From IMG/VR virus record IMGVR_UViG_3300002026_000105: a stretch of 32,713 nucleotides of DNA; one strand, written 5' to 3'. Below, one piece after another: positions 25,317-31,881 of the stretch (the stretch's first letter is position 1; every line of letters starts with the position of its first letter). This DNA is from a virus. Below the pieces are notes generated by a model. It worked only from the letters and a program-made list of their open reading frames with translations, ran no database searches and had not been told where the DNA came from. A program made the translations under genes and the position numbers.

Positions 25317-25867
25317 TTTATCTCCTGTTTTACAATCTTGTAATTTTGTATTTCATAGCGTGCTAAAGTACAAAAGTCAAGATCACACCATGGGATGATG
25401 TAACCTTGACTTTTATTTGTTGTATATTCATTTGTGTGTCTAGTATATGGGAACTCTCCACTATTATCCCTCCATTTTCCATTTATTAGGTTTGCCTCTT
25501 TTTCTTTCATCCACTTTTTTAATGTTTTTCTTTCTAATAAATATGCTATTGCTGCTCCATTTTGACCATTCATATAATAAAGTATTTGGTCAGCCTTAGT
25601 CTTCCAAGCCCATCCTGGTGAATTAGTAGCTGAGCAACTCACTACCTCTAGAAATATAGCCTCGTGTATATTCCTAACTGTCTTTTGTTCTACCAGAACT
25701 ATTTTACCATAATTAGTATAGTGGTAGTCAATATCTAACTCTACCTGTTGTTTAGTGTGTGGTGCAATTTGGGTAATATTAGTACCAAATATATCCCTTA
25801 ATAAACCTGAACTTTCTTGCTTGTCTATCTCTTTTTGTCCATACTCAAAGTCTTCTTGATAACTCAT
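25313..25867 (-). CDS. PD-(D/E)XK-type nuclease candidate (184 aa)
   Basis: VELDIDY ... KIVLVEQK gives a D ... ExK arrangement on predicted strands. SD is GATGGAGGGTCA. Confidence 0.5.
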   Translation of the reverse strand: MSYQEDFEYGQKEIDKQESSGLLRDIFGTNITQIAPHTKQQVELDIDYHYTNYGKIVLVEQKTVRNIHEAIFLEVVSCSATNSPGWAWKTKADQILYYMNGQNGAAIAYLLERKTLKKWMKEKEANLINGKWRDNSGEFPYTRHTNEYTTNKSQGYIIPWCDLDFCTLARYEIQNYKIVKQEIK

Positions 25868-25886
25868 TGACCCTCCATCTTTTTTA

Positions 25887-26108
25887 TTAGTAATATATCC
25901 CTTCTTTTCTGAATCTTAATCCATTAGAATACTCCTTGTACTCATTAGATACCTCAGGGTATAATAAAAGAGCTTTAGCCTTATCCTCTTCTGATAGGGT
26001 ATCTAAATACTGTTGAAATATCGCTTGATACACCTCTTGAACATATTCTTCATAGCTTATTTTTATCGGGTCACCTTTAGGTTTAATATGAGTAAAGTCA
26101 GTTGTCAT
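25887..26108 (-). CDS. Hypothetical protein (73 aa)
   Basis: ORF in the tightly coupled early gene array. Confidence 0.55.
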   Translation of the reverse strand: MTTDFTHIKPKGDPIKISYEEYVQEVYQAIFQQYLDTLSEEDKAKALLLYPEVSNEYKEYSNGLRFRKEGIYY

Positions 26109-26452
26109 TTTTTTAATAAGTCCTCTATACCTATACCATCTTTATATAGTATGTGGAGAACCAATTTACCATCCTTATCCCATTCTAGGCTCTCACCATC
26201 TAACTTGTCATCTTTCAAATTAGTAACTTGATGCAGCTCACCATTTCTAAACCAAACTTTTACTTGACCATCTAATTTACCACACTTGAAGTTACAAATC
26301 TGCATACCAGGTTCATGGTGTTTATAGACAACTTTCAATGGTCCATCTTGTTCTCCATCTTGGTTTTCCCACCACTCTGATATTACAGCATTAGTCTCAG
26401 ATTGTTTTGGAGTATGTGTTAGTAACCATTTAGCTCTTTCTATTATATTCAT
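26105..26452 (-). CDS. MORN-variant / YwqK-like repeat protein (115 aa)
   Basis: Repeats G.LDG....W..NGEL..., KLDGESLEWDKDGKL and LYKDG match the MORN-variant spacing seen in YwqK-family proteins. Confidence 0.55.
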   Translation of the reverse strand: MNIIERAKWLLTHTPKQSETNAVISEWWENQDGEQDGPLKVVYKHHEPGMQICNFKCGKLDGQVKVWFRNGELHQVTNLKDDKLDGESLEWDKDGKLVLHILYKDGIGIEDLLKK

Positions 26453-26461
26453 ACTATTATC

Positions 26462-26677
26462 TTACTCCTTCTTGTTCATTAGATGAATTAAATCTACCCA
26501 ATATCTAATTATTTCTTTCTTTTGTTTTGTAGAAAGTCTCTTGTAGTTACATTTTTTATCTGGAGTTCCTAACCCTAGAGTTTCATAGGTTGTTTTCTTG
26601 ATATGTCCAGTTGAGAGACTTATTTGTCTACTTAACTTGAGACATACTTCATCATATAAAACATCTATCTCTTTCAT
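26462..26677 (-). CDS. Hypothetical protein (71 aa)
   Basis: ORF in the early gene array. Confidence 0.55.
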   Translation of the reverse strand: MKEIDVLYDEVCLKLSRQISLSTGHIKKTTYETLGLGTPDKKCNYKRLSTKQKKEIIRYWVDLIHLMNKKE

Positions 26678-26679
26678 AC

Positions 26680-26895
26680 TTACTCCTTTAATAACACTTG
26701 GAACTTTTCTAATTGAACTTCTAATTCTATCATATTATTCCTGGCAGTAGTATAAAAAGTATTCCAAAAGTTCCAAGTATCCTCTTTACTAATTTCCATA
26801 TTCATGTACTTCCAATATCCATACATATCATCTTCTTGTTCTTGTATCATCTCTTGTGTTACATCTATCAACCCTTGAATCTGAACTCTTGTCAT
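26680..26895 (-). CDS. Hypothetical protein (71 aa), first gene after the AT-rich region
   Basis: ORF with AAGGAGTTTACT upstream of the ATG. Confidence 0.6.
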   Translation of the reverse strand: MTRVQIQGLIDVTQEMIQEQEDDMYGYWKYMNMEISKEDTWNFWNTFYTTARNNMIELEVQLEKFQVLLKE

Positions 26896-26908
26896 AGTAA
26901 ACTCCTTA

Positions 26909-27106
26909 AAGAACTTAAGAACTTAAAACACTTACTTTTTACCTATTTTACTGTTCCCAATATATTCTCTTCTCTATATCTATAATATATATATTTATAA
27001 GTACTAAGTACTATTATATAATATATATATATATTATATAGACTTAGACAATCTAAAACAGTACTTATGATGTTTTTTCACAAGTACTAACAAGTTCTAA
27101 GTTCTT
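26909..27106. promoter_or_regulatory. Extremely AT-rich non-coding region bounded by inverted repeats; candidate replication origin and/or middle promoter region
   Basis: IR-L AAGAACTTAAGAACTT (26909-26924) is matched by IR-R AAGTTCTAAGTTCTT (27092-27106). There are four AGTACT sites (26999-27012 as a tandem AAGTACTAAGTACT, 27060-27065, 27082-27088) and long (TA)n runs at 26975-27043. The region lies immediately 3' of the primase-helicase gene. Confidence 0.45.
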
Positions 27107-27107
27107 G

Positions 27108-29099
27108 TCATATTACCTTGAAATCCTGTTGTAGATTACCAGTAATATAGTGACACTTACCGTTACTTTTTTTAACACTATATCCAGTAATACTATTGAA
27201 CTTTTTAGCTAATCCCTTCTGTGACAAGTATATTTTATTATATCCAATATATTTACTATAACTTACAAATCTATCAAATAAATCTGATGTGTTTATTGTT
27301 TCGTTATTACAGATATAATATGGGTGTCCAGCTAAGCTATTAGCTTCTTGACTATCTAACAACCACTGTGATACTATATCTAATCCTAATTCTATTTGTT
27401 CTTTTTTGGCAGAAGTCATAGGTATTTTTGTCCAGTCTCTTGATGATATATTTCTATTTAATAGATCATACATAAGCCTTGGTAATCCACCGTTATCAAT
27501 TTCTTTCCATAGATTACCAAAATAGATATGATCTTGAAGATAGGCATCACCACAATCTAAGATTAAGTAGCGTCTATCATCAGCAGATACAGGAGCTACC
27601 CAATCTTCGTTAGTTGTAAATATAAAAGATTTATGGTTCTTGCTTTCAAAAGTATCCTTGCCTTTGAAAGTTATCTCTTCTCTCCTTGATGTTATCATAT
27701 TTTTTAATCTAGATTCACTTTTTTTATCTCCACCCCACATAGCTTCATCTGAACATATTAAAAGTTTATTCATAAGGTGAGCGTTAAATCCTCCAACAAG
27801 ATCATCAATAGAAGATATTTCCATAAACATATCACCAAATAATCTAGAAAATACTTCAGAAAAGGTTCCCTTACCAGATCCAGATTTTCCTCTTATTGCA
27901 ACCGCTATTCCCATCTTATCACCAGGTTTTTGTATAATATGAGCCATCCAATCTAATAGGAACTCATATAATACTTTATCACCTTGACAAATATTATTCT
28001 GAATATGATGTCTGTAAATATCCCAAGAACCAGTAGTTTTTGGTTCTACTGGAAACCCCCTAAATAAGTTAAAAAATCTGGGAGATGTTTTATTTTTAGG
28101 ATCAAACACCAAACCTTCTAGACACTCTTGTGTATCAAACCAATCTACAAAAGGTTCTACTTTTACTTGGATAGTTTTCTTTCCAAATTGTTTTGTCTCT
28201 GTTGTATTAAGGTGAGAATATTTTTGAGCACCATTTATTTTGTTAAAAAATTGTTTTTGTTCTATATCGTATACCATAACTTGTCCACCAACTAAAACTT
28301 TAACAAGTCCAGAAAAAATAGTATGTTCTATCTCTTTTATTTCTTCAAACTTTCTTGGTTCTTTTCTATCAAACCTGTGAGTGCTCTTAATAATAGTAGA
28401 TACTTCTCTATCTGATAAAGGTTTACTTTGTGCTCTATTAAGGGTATCTAGAAAAGTTTCCATCTCTTCATCACTATTACCATTACTATGTAATGAACAA
28501 GCCCATCTAAACATAGTATCGTTTCTGCTACCTTGGTCAAAATTAAGAGGTATAGGTTCTTTTTTCTCTTCTTCTAGTATGAACCCATAAAGATCAGTAA
28601 GGATACTTTTTTCACCAGTACTCTTGTAAACTTGACTATTAGGGTTTCCAAAAAAGAAGCGAGCTGCGTCTTTAACTTGTTTATCAAAGAATGGGTACTT
28701 GGTAGTAAGTTTCCTTAACCACATGGCAACTTCCTGTTCTTTTAGTAATTGCTTTATAGGAAAATATACGTGATACTTGTCTCTAGCGGTCTTACCATCC
28801 TTCTCTTTCTGATGACTTTTAGATGTGGCTAAATAATAACTATAACCTAGGAACATTTTATTAAACTCTTTAATACCCACCCAATCCTTGGGGTCATCAG
28901 AGTGTGTATTATCAATATCTCCAAATAACCAATCTGTTGATATAAAGTTATTATTTGCCCTTTTATTATCCTTGAACTCTGACATCACATGGTCAAACTT
29001 TACTGTCTCTTTAAAATGGGCTAAACTATCTACCTCTACCTTATTAGGGTAATGGTTATTAAATTGTTCTCCACTCTTGTTACTTGTAAATAGTATCAT
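27108..29099 (-). CDS. Primase-helicase: N-terminal AEP (prim-pol) domain fused to D5/P4-type SF3 helicase (663 aa)
   Basis: AEP motifs are LFGDIDN and DKYHVYFPI. Walker A is AIRGKSGSGKGTFS and Walker B is LLICSDEA. Confidence 0.85.
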   Translation of the reverse strand: MILFTSNKSGEQFNNHYPNKVEVDSLAHFKETVKFDHVMSEFKDNKRANNNFISTDWLFGDIDNTHSDDPKDWVGIKEFNKMFLGYSYYLATSKSHQKEKDGKTARDKYHVYFPIKQLLKEQEVAMWLRKLTTKYPFFDKQVKDAARFFFGNPNSQVYKSTGEKSILTDLYGFILEEEKKEPIPLNFDQGSRNDTMFRWACSLHSNGNSDEEMETFLDTLNRAQSKPLSDREVSTIIKSTHRFDRKEPRKFEEIKEIEHTIFSGLVKVLVGGQVMVYDIEQKQFFNKINGAQKYSHLNTTETKQFGKKTIQVKVEPFVDWFDTQECLEGLVFDPKNKTSPRFFNLFRGFPVEPKTTGSWDIYRHHIQNNICQGDKVLYEFLLDWMAHIIQKPGDKMGIAVAIRGKSGSGKGTFSEVFSRLFGDMFMEISSIDDLVGGFNAHLMNKLLICSDEAMWGGDKKSESRLKNMITSRREEITFKGKDTFESKNHKSFIFTTNEDWVAPVSADDRRYLILDCGDAYLQDHIYFGNLWKEIDNGGLPRLMYDLLNRNISSRDWTKIPMTSAKKEQIELGLDIVSQWLLDSQEANSLAGHPYYICNNETINTSDLFDRFVSYSKYIGYNKIYLSQKGLAKKFNSITGYSVKKSNGKCHYITGNLQQDFKVI

Positions 29100-29239
29100 T
29101 CACACTCCTCTAAAGCTGATATTAAAATATCCTGTGCTTCTATTACTCTCTCTCCAATTTCAGGATCTACATGCTTGAGGTAGTTATCCTCAATGTCATA
29201 AAGTAAACCTAATACCTTGCTTAACTGTTCTCCGTTCAT
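29096..29239 (-). CDS. Hypothetical 47-aa protein, translationally coupled to the primase
   Basis: The internal ATG at 29239 has AAAGGAGTTAGT upstream. The longer track ORF would run through a terminator hairpin. Its stop overlaps the primase ATG (ATGA). Confidence 0.5.
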   Translation of the reverse strand: MNGEQLSKVLGLLYDIEDNYLKHVDPEIGERVIEAQDILISALEECE

Positions 29240-29254
29240 ACTAACTCCTTTGAA

Positions 29255-29300
29255 TAAAAAAAGCTTACCTAACCTCCTGGCGGGGAAGTTAAGTAAGCTT
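29255..29300 (-). terminator. Intrinsic terminator between the repeat-borne promoter and the replication operon
   Basis: Minus strand reads AAGCTTACTTAAC-(14 nt loop)-GTTAGGTAAGCTT followed by TTTTTATTC. The stem is 13 bp with one G-U pair. Confidence 0.7.
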
Positions 29301-29335
29301 GGATAGAATGTTTTATTATATGTCCGCCAACATAT
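29255..29335 (-). ncRNA. Candidate ~80-nt promoter-proximal transcript (leader/attenuator or small RNA), unit B
   Basis: The bounds are inferred from the TATAAT in the 46-bp repeat (29342-29347) and the terminator T-run. It contains a 5' hairpin (29318-29335) whose loop UGGCGG is complementary to CCGCCA in the terminator loop. Confidence 0.3.
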
Positions 29336-29337
29336 TG

Positions 29338-29383
29338 TACTATTATATATGCTCAATATATCTTGCGATAATAATGACGAATA
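29338..29383 (-). repeat. 46-bp perfect direct repeat, copy 1 (promoter-like, ends in TGAGCATATATAATAGTA)
   Basis: Identical to 30431..30476 by direct comparison. The minus strand contains TATAAT 4 nt from the repeat end. Confidence 0.9.
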
Positions 29384-29437
29384 GTTAAATATCTAATAAC
29401 TTTTTCTCTTTTTTTGTCAGTTTTAACTTTTTAGATA

Positions 29438-30103
29438 TCATATTTTATACCCCATAGTTTTAAGAGTATCTTTTATTTGTGCAGGATATCTTCCTCTTTC
29501 TATTTCTTCAACTATAAACTTTTGAACCCTATCATACTCTTCTATTTTTGAAGAATTATTTTTCATAATCCAGTCTCTTGGTGATAAATTATATTTTTCT
29601 TTACACTCAAAAGATGACATACCAGTTATAGCTTTATTCACCATATTTATTACTACACCAAGAGTTTTTTTAGCTCTTTCATCGGTTCCTGAAGTTTGAA
29701 ATATATCTGAAGCAAGTCTTTTATAGTCTATCTTTACTAGACCCCTTGTTGTATTATATGATCCAGTTTTTCTAATTTCTGGTAATACATCTTCAAATAC
29801 CCATCTTCTAAACTTTTTAGCTTCTTCTTTTCTAGACTTAAAAATGAGTGCATATAAGCCTGGTTCTGATACAAACCATGGTGTAGTTTTTTTATTCTGT
29901 TTATTATGTGGTGTATATGCGGGGTTACTAATAGTAAACCTGCATTTCCAATCCTCTTCTAGTCCATCCAAAGCTCTAGATATATTATTCAAATCCAGAA
30001 TCTGACATACATCAGATACGATAAACCATGGAGCTTGTTTTTCATCTAAAACTGCAGAAATACTAAAATCCTGGTTTTCATAAACACTAATTTCTTTTTT
30101 CAT
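29438..30103 (-). CDS. Bro-N domain protein (antirepressor/BRO family), 221 aa
   Basis: Matching segments are PWFIVSDVCQILDL.N, SEPGLYALIFKSRKEEAKKFRRWVFEDVLPEIRKTGSY. SD is AAAGGAGAAATAGT. Confidence 0.8.
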   Translation of the reverse strand: MKKEISVYENQDFSISAVLDEKQAPWFIVSDVCQILDLNNISRALDGLEEDWKCRFTISNPAYTPHNKQNKKTTPWFVSEPGLYALIFKSRKEEAKKFRRWVFEDVLPEIRKTGSYNTTRGLVKIDYKRLASDIFQTSGTDERAKKTLGVVINMVNKAITGMSSFECKEKYNLSPRDWIMKNNSSKIEEYDRVQKFIVEEIERGRYPAQIKDTLKTMGYKI

Positions 30104-30270
30104 ACTATTTCTCCTTTATGCTATTTACTATAAATATGCTTATTTAAGAGCTATTACTATATGATATAGTTCTTATTTAATAGCTTAGATTACTAATAGT
30201 AAAGTTAGCTTTAAAGGGCGGTAAAAGTTTTAACTACCTTAAAGGGTACCCACTCCACGTACACCCCTTA

Positions 30271-30287
30271 TATTCACCCGGTGAATA
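30271..30287. promoter_or_regulatory. Perfect 17-bp palindrome TATTCACC-C-GGTGAATA (operator-like)
   Basis: Read directly. It lies in the 245-nt untranslated region upstream of the Bro-N gene. Confidence 0.4.
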
Positions 30288-30299
30288 ATAGACTTCTAA

Positions 30300-30314
30300 G
30301 TTCATCCGATGAAC
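30300..30314. promoter_or_regulatory. Perfect 15-bp palindrome GTTCATC-C-GATGAAC (operator-like, related to 30271-30287)
   Basis: It shares the half-site TTCA(C/T)C with the first palindrome. The centres are 28 bp apart. Confidence 0.4.
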
Positions 30315-30330
30315 CTTGAGAAACTAATCT

Positions 30331-30349
30331 ATTGGACTCTGAGTCCAAT
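30331..30349. other. 19-nt inverted repeat ATTGGACTC-T-GAGTCCAAT directly downstream of a terminator
   Basis: Read directly. The arms are 9 bp. Confidence 0.5.
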
Positions 30350-30374
30350 AAAAAAGACACCCTTTCGAGTGTCT
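30350..30374 (-). terminator. Intrinsic terminator downstream of repeat copy 2
   Basis: Minus strand reads AGACAC-TCGAAAGG-GTGTCT followed by TTTTTTATT. It is similar in sequence to the capsid terminator. Confidence 0.65.
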
Positions 30375-30428
30375 AATAATGTAGTACTTGATGTTTCCCT
30401 GGTTATTTATTTATACACTAAATAAGGT
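30350..30428 (-). ncRNA. Candidate ~78-nt promoter-proximal transcript (small RNA or leader), unit A
   Basis: The bounds are inferred from TATAAT (30435-30440) and the terminator T-run. It contains no ORF with an SD. Confidence 0.3.
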
Positions 30429-30430
30429 GT

Positions 30431-30476
30431 TACTATTATATATGCTCAATATATCTTGCGATAATAATGACGAATA
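30431..30476 (-). repeat. 46-bp perfect direct repeat, copy 2
   Basis: Identical to 29338..29383. Confidence 0.9.
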
Positions 30477-30483
30477 ATGAAAA

Positions 30484-30648
30484 TTATCTTACTTTTATAT
30501 CTCTTTTACTAGAAATAAGTTTGAACAAATATTCTATATCTTCATCCTGGTTCTTAAGTATCTCTCTATAATTAGTGAGTTCTTCTTGGAGCTCTCTACA
30601 TTTGAGACCAAGAGCAAGCATTATTTCAACAATATCTTTATCTTTCAT
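30484..30648 (-). CDS. Hypothetical 54-aa protein (below the ORF-track cutoff)
   Basis: Hand translation gives MKDKDIVEIMLALGLKCRELQEELTNYREILKNQDEDIEYLFKLISSKRDIKVR. The ATG overlaps the upstream gene end by 11 nt. Confidence 0.4.
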   Translation of the reverse strand: MKDKDIVEIMLALGLKCRELQEELTNYREILKNQDEDIEYLFKLISSKRDIKVR

Positions 30649-30895
30649 TTTTCTTGGCCTCATACTCTTGTTTACTCTTGGCGGATATCTCTTCCTTGTG
30701 TTCTAGGTAATAAGCATGTTGGTAGGCTTTAAGTTTCTCTTTATTTTCTTTCCTCCACTCCTTGCCGTACTCAGGGTGTTCTCTCTGGTATTGTCTCATA
30801 TACTCTTTAATGCGTTCTTTATTAGCTTGTGTATAAGCCTTTAGTTCTTCTTTATGTTCTTTCCAATATTTTTTGCGATATTCCTTGCTTGCCAC
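30638..30895 (-). CDS. Lys/Glu/Tyr-rich repeat protein (85 aa from the GTG start)
   Basis: GAGGAGAATAAAG precedes the GTG at 30895. Degenerate repeats are present (K.Y...HKEELKAY, KEYMRQYQREH, KENKEKLKAYQHAY, EHKEEISAKSKQEY). Confidence 0.55.
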   Translation of the reverse strand: MASKEYRKKYWKEHKEELKAYTQANKERIKEYMRQYQREHPEYGKEWRKENKEKLKAYQHAYYLEHKEEISAKSKQEYEAKKNER

Positions 30896-31022
30896 CTTTA
30901 TTCTCCTCAGTATAAATATGCTTATCACGGTTAGCGATAAGCTCCTCTAACCAGTTTTCTACCTTTCTCCGTTCTTGAATAGCTTTATACTCTGAGACTA
31001 ATAATGCTTCTGTTATGCCCAT
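30852..31022 (-). CDS. Possible 56-aa ORF starting directly after late-motif copy 5 (no SD)
   Basis: Hand translation gives MGITEALLVSEYKAIQERRKVENWLEELIANRDKHIYTEENKGGKQGISQKILERT. It overlaps the next gene by 44 nt, and it is uncertain whether it is coding. Confidence 0.3.
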   Translation of the reverse strand: MGITEALLVSEYKAIQERRKVENWLEELIANRDKHIYTEENKGGKQGISQKILERT

Positions 31023-31025
31023 GAT

Positions 31026-31038
31026 ATATATAGTTATG
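31026..31038 (-). promoter_or_regulatory. Conserved motif CATAACTATATAT (copy 5), overlapping the HNH-AP2 stop codon
   Basis: Exact 13-mer, followed by ATC and then the ATG at 31022. Confidence 0.35.
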
Positions 31039-31468
31039 GAAAATTAAGAAAAGCTTCATCACCCCATAGTTCTCTTGCTTTTGCATCATAGGCTCTAGCA
31101 GCATCTTCTGGAGTAATATAACAACCTAAATATTCTTTTTTCAAACCATCTCTAATAGTAGCATACCATTTTTTTCCATTAAAACAAACTCCTTTATAGC
31201 CACTGGCATTTGAACATCTTAATGCTTCTTCCCTTTTCTTTTTACCATAATGGTGTAAATACTGATGATCACTTCTAGTCATACAAACAAGGTTTTCTGC
31301 TGTATTATTACTTGGATCTCCATCTAGATGATGTATTACCTGATGTTTGAATACTTTACATCCAGTAAGCTTTTCATAGACATAGACATGTTGTGATCCA
31401 TACTTTCCATTACTCCAATAACCATAATTTTTATACCACAATATCCCGTCATAATTTCTATTATCCAT
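31034..31468 (-). CDS. HNH homing endonuclease with AP2 domain (copy 2)
   Basis: 144-aa ORF with HHLDGDPSNNTAENLVCMTRSDHQYLH and GYKGVCFNGKKWYATI...LGCYITPEDAARAYDAKARELWGDEAFLNF. The ATG overlaps the upstream stop (TAATG). Confidence 0.85.
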   Translation of the reverse strand: MDNRNYDGILWYKNYGYWSNGKYGSQHVYVYEKLTGCKVFKHQVIHHLDGDPSNNTAENLVCMTRSDHQYLHHYGKKKREEALRCSNASGYKGVCFNGKKWYATIRDGLKKEYLGCYITPEDAARAYDAKARELWGDEAFLNFP

Positions 31469-31881
31469 TACTTACCACACCAATTTACTACACGATATTT
31501 AGGCATCACATTATAGAGTGAGCACATATTATTCGTGGGGTCATATACCCCAAATCCACCAGCATCCACAAGAACATGTAAAGAGTTTTGCTTGATCAAT
31601 AATACAGGGAGGAGTTGGGTATTCTCATATCCTGCCTCTTTGGCTAGAGATATAAAGAGGACTGACATATCGATACAGACACCTGACCCTTTTGCTAAAG
31701 TCTCTTCAGGTGTTTGAACCTCATCTATAGTTCTCACCACTCCGTCTTCATACTCTATGTTTTGGTATATCCACCTGTTGATATCAGGGAGAGAATAGAA
31801 GCGAGCAGGTCTATCTACCTGGTGAGGTACAGAGGTGCAAGAGATAAATAGTACCGATAAAAGAACTAAAAAATATTTCAT
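31468..31881 (-). CDS. Secreted lipoprotein with transglutaminase-like cysteine-protease core (137 aa)
   Basis: Signal plus lipobox-like MKYFLVLLSVLFIS|C. A Cys-His-Asp pattern is present: GSGVCIDMSVLFISLAKEAG (C69), LHVLV (H102), VYDPT (D114). Confidence 0.65.
   Translation of the reverse strand: MKYFLVLLSVLFISCTSVPHQVDRPARFYSLPDINRWIYQNIEYEDGVVRTIDEVQTPEETLAKGSGVCIDMSVLFISLAKEAGYENTQLLPVLLIKQNSLHVLVDAGGFGVYDPTNNMCSLYNVMPKYRVVNWCGK

Noticed and set aside
26975-27043. Repetitive TA-rich tract that might be mistaken for a CRISPR array or a microsatellite
   Set aside because: There is no repeat-spacer periodicity. It is simple (TA)n/TATAA low complexity within an intergenic, origin-like region.
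29240-29356. First 39 codons of the 86-aa track ORF 29096..29356
   Set aside because: The extension runs through the terminator hairpin and part of the 46-bp repeat and has no SD, whereas the internal ATG at 29239 has AAAGGAG upstream.
30331-30349. tRNA-like anticodon stem-loop (5-bp stem, 7-nt loop reading CUG or CAG) near a GTTCA...TGAAC hairpin
   Set aside because: No acceptor stem, D-arm or canonical T-loop (TTCRANY in a 7-nt loop) can be built on either strand. The neighbouring hairpins have 3-nt or 8-nt loops, and one is clearly a terminator with a T-run.
30896-30928. GTG start at 30928 for the K/E/Y-rich repeat protein (MISIFILRRIK...)
   Set aside because: No SD precedes it, whereas the GTG at 30895 follows GAGGAGAATAAAG. 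The hydrophobic extension is probably out-of-gene sequence.
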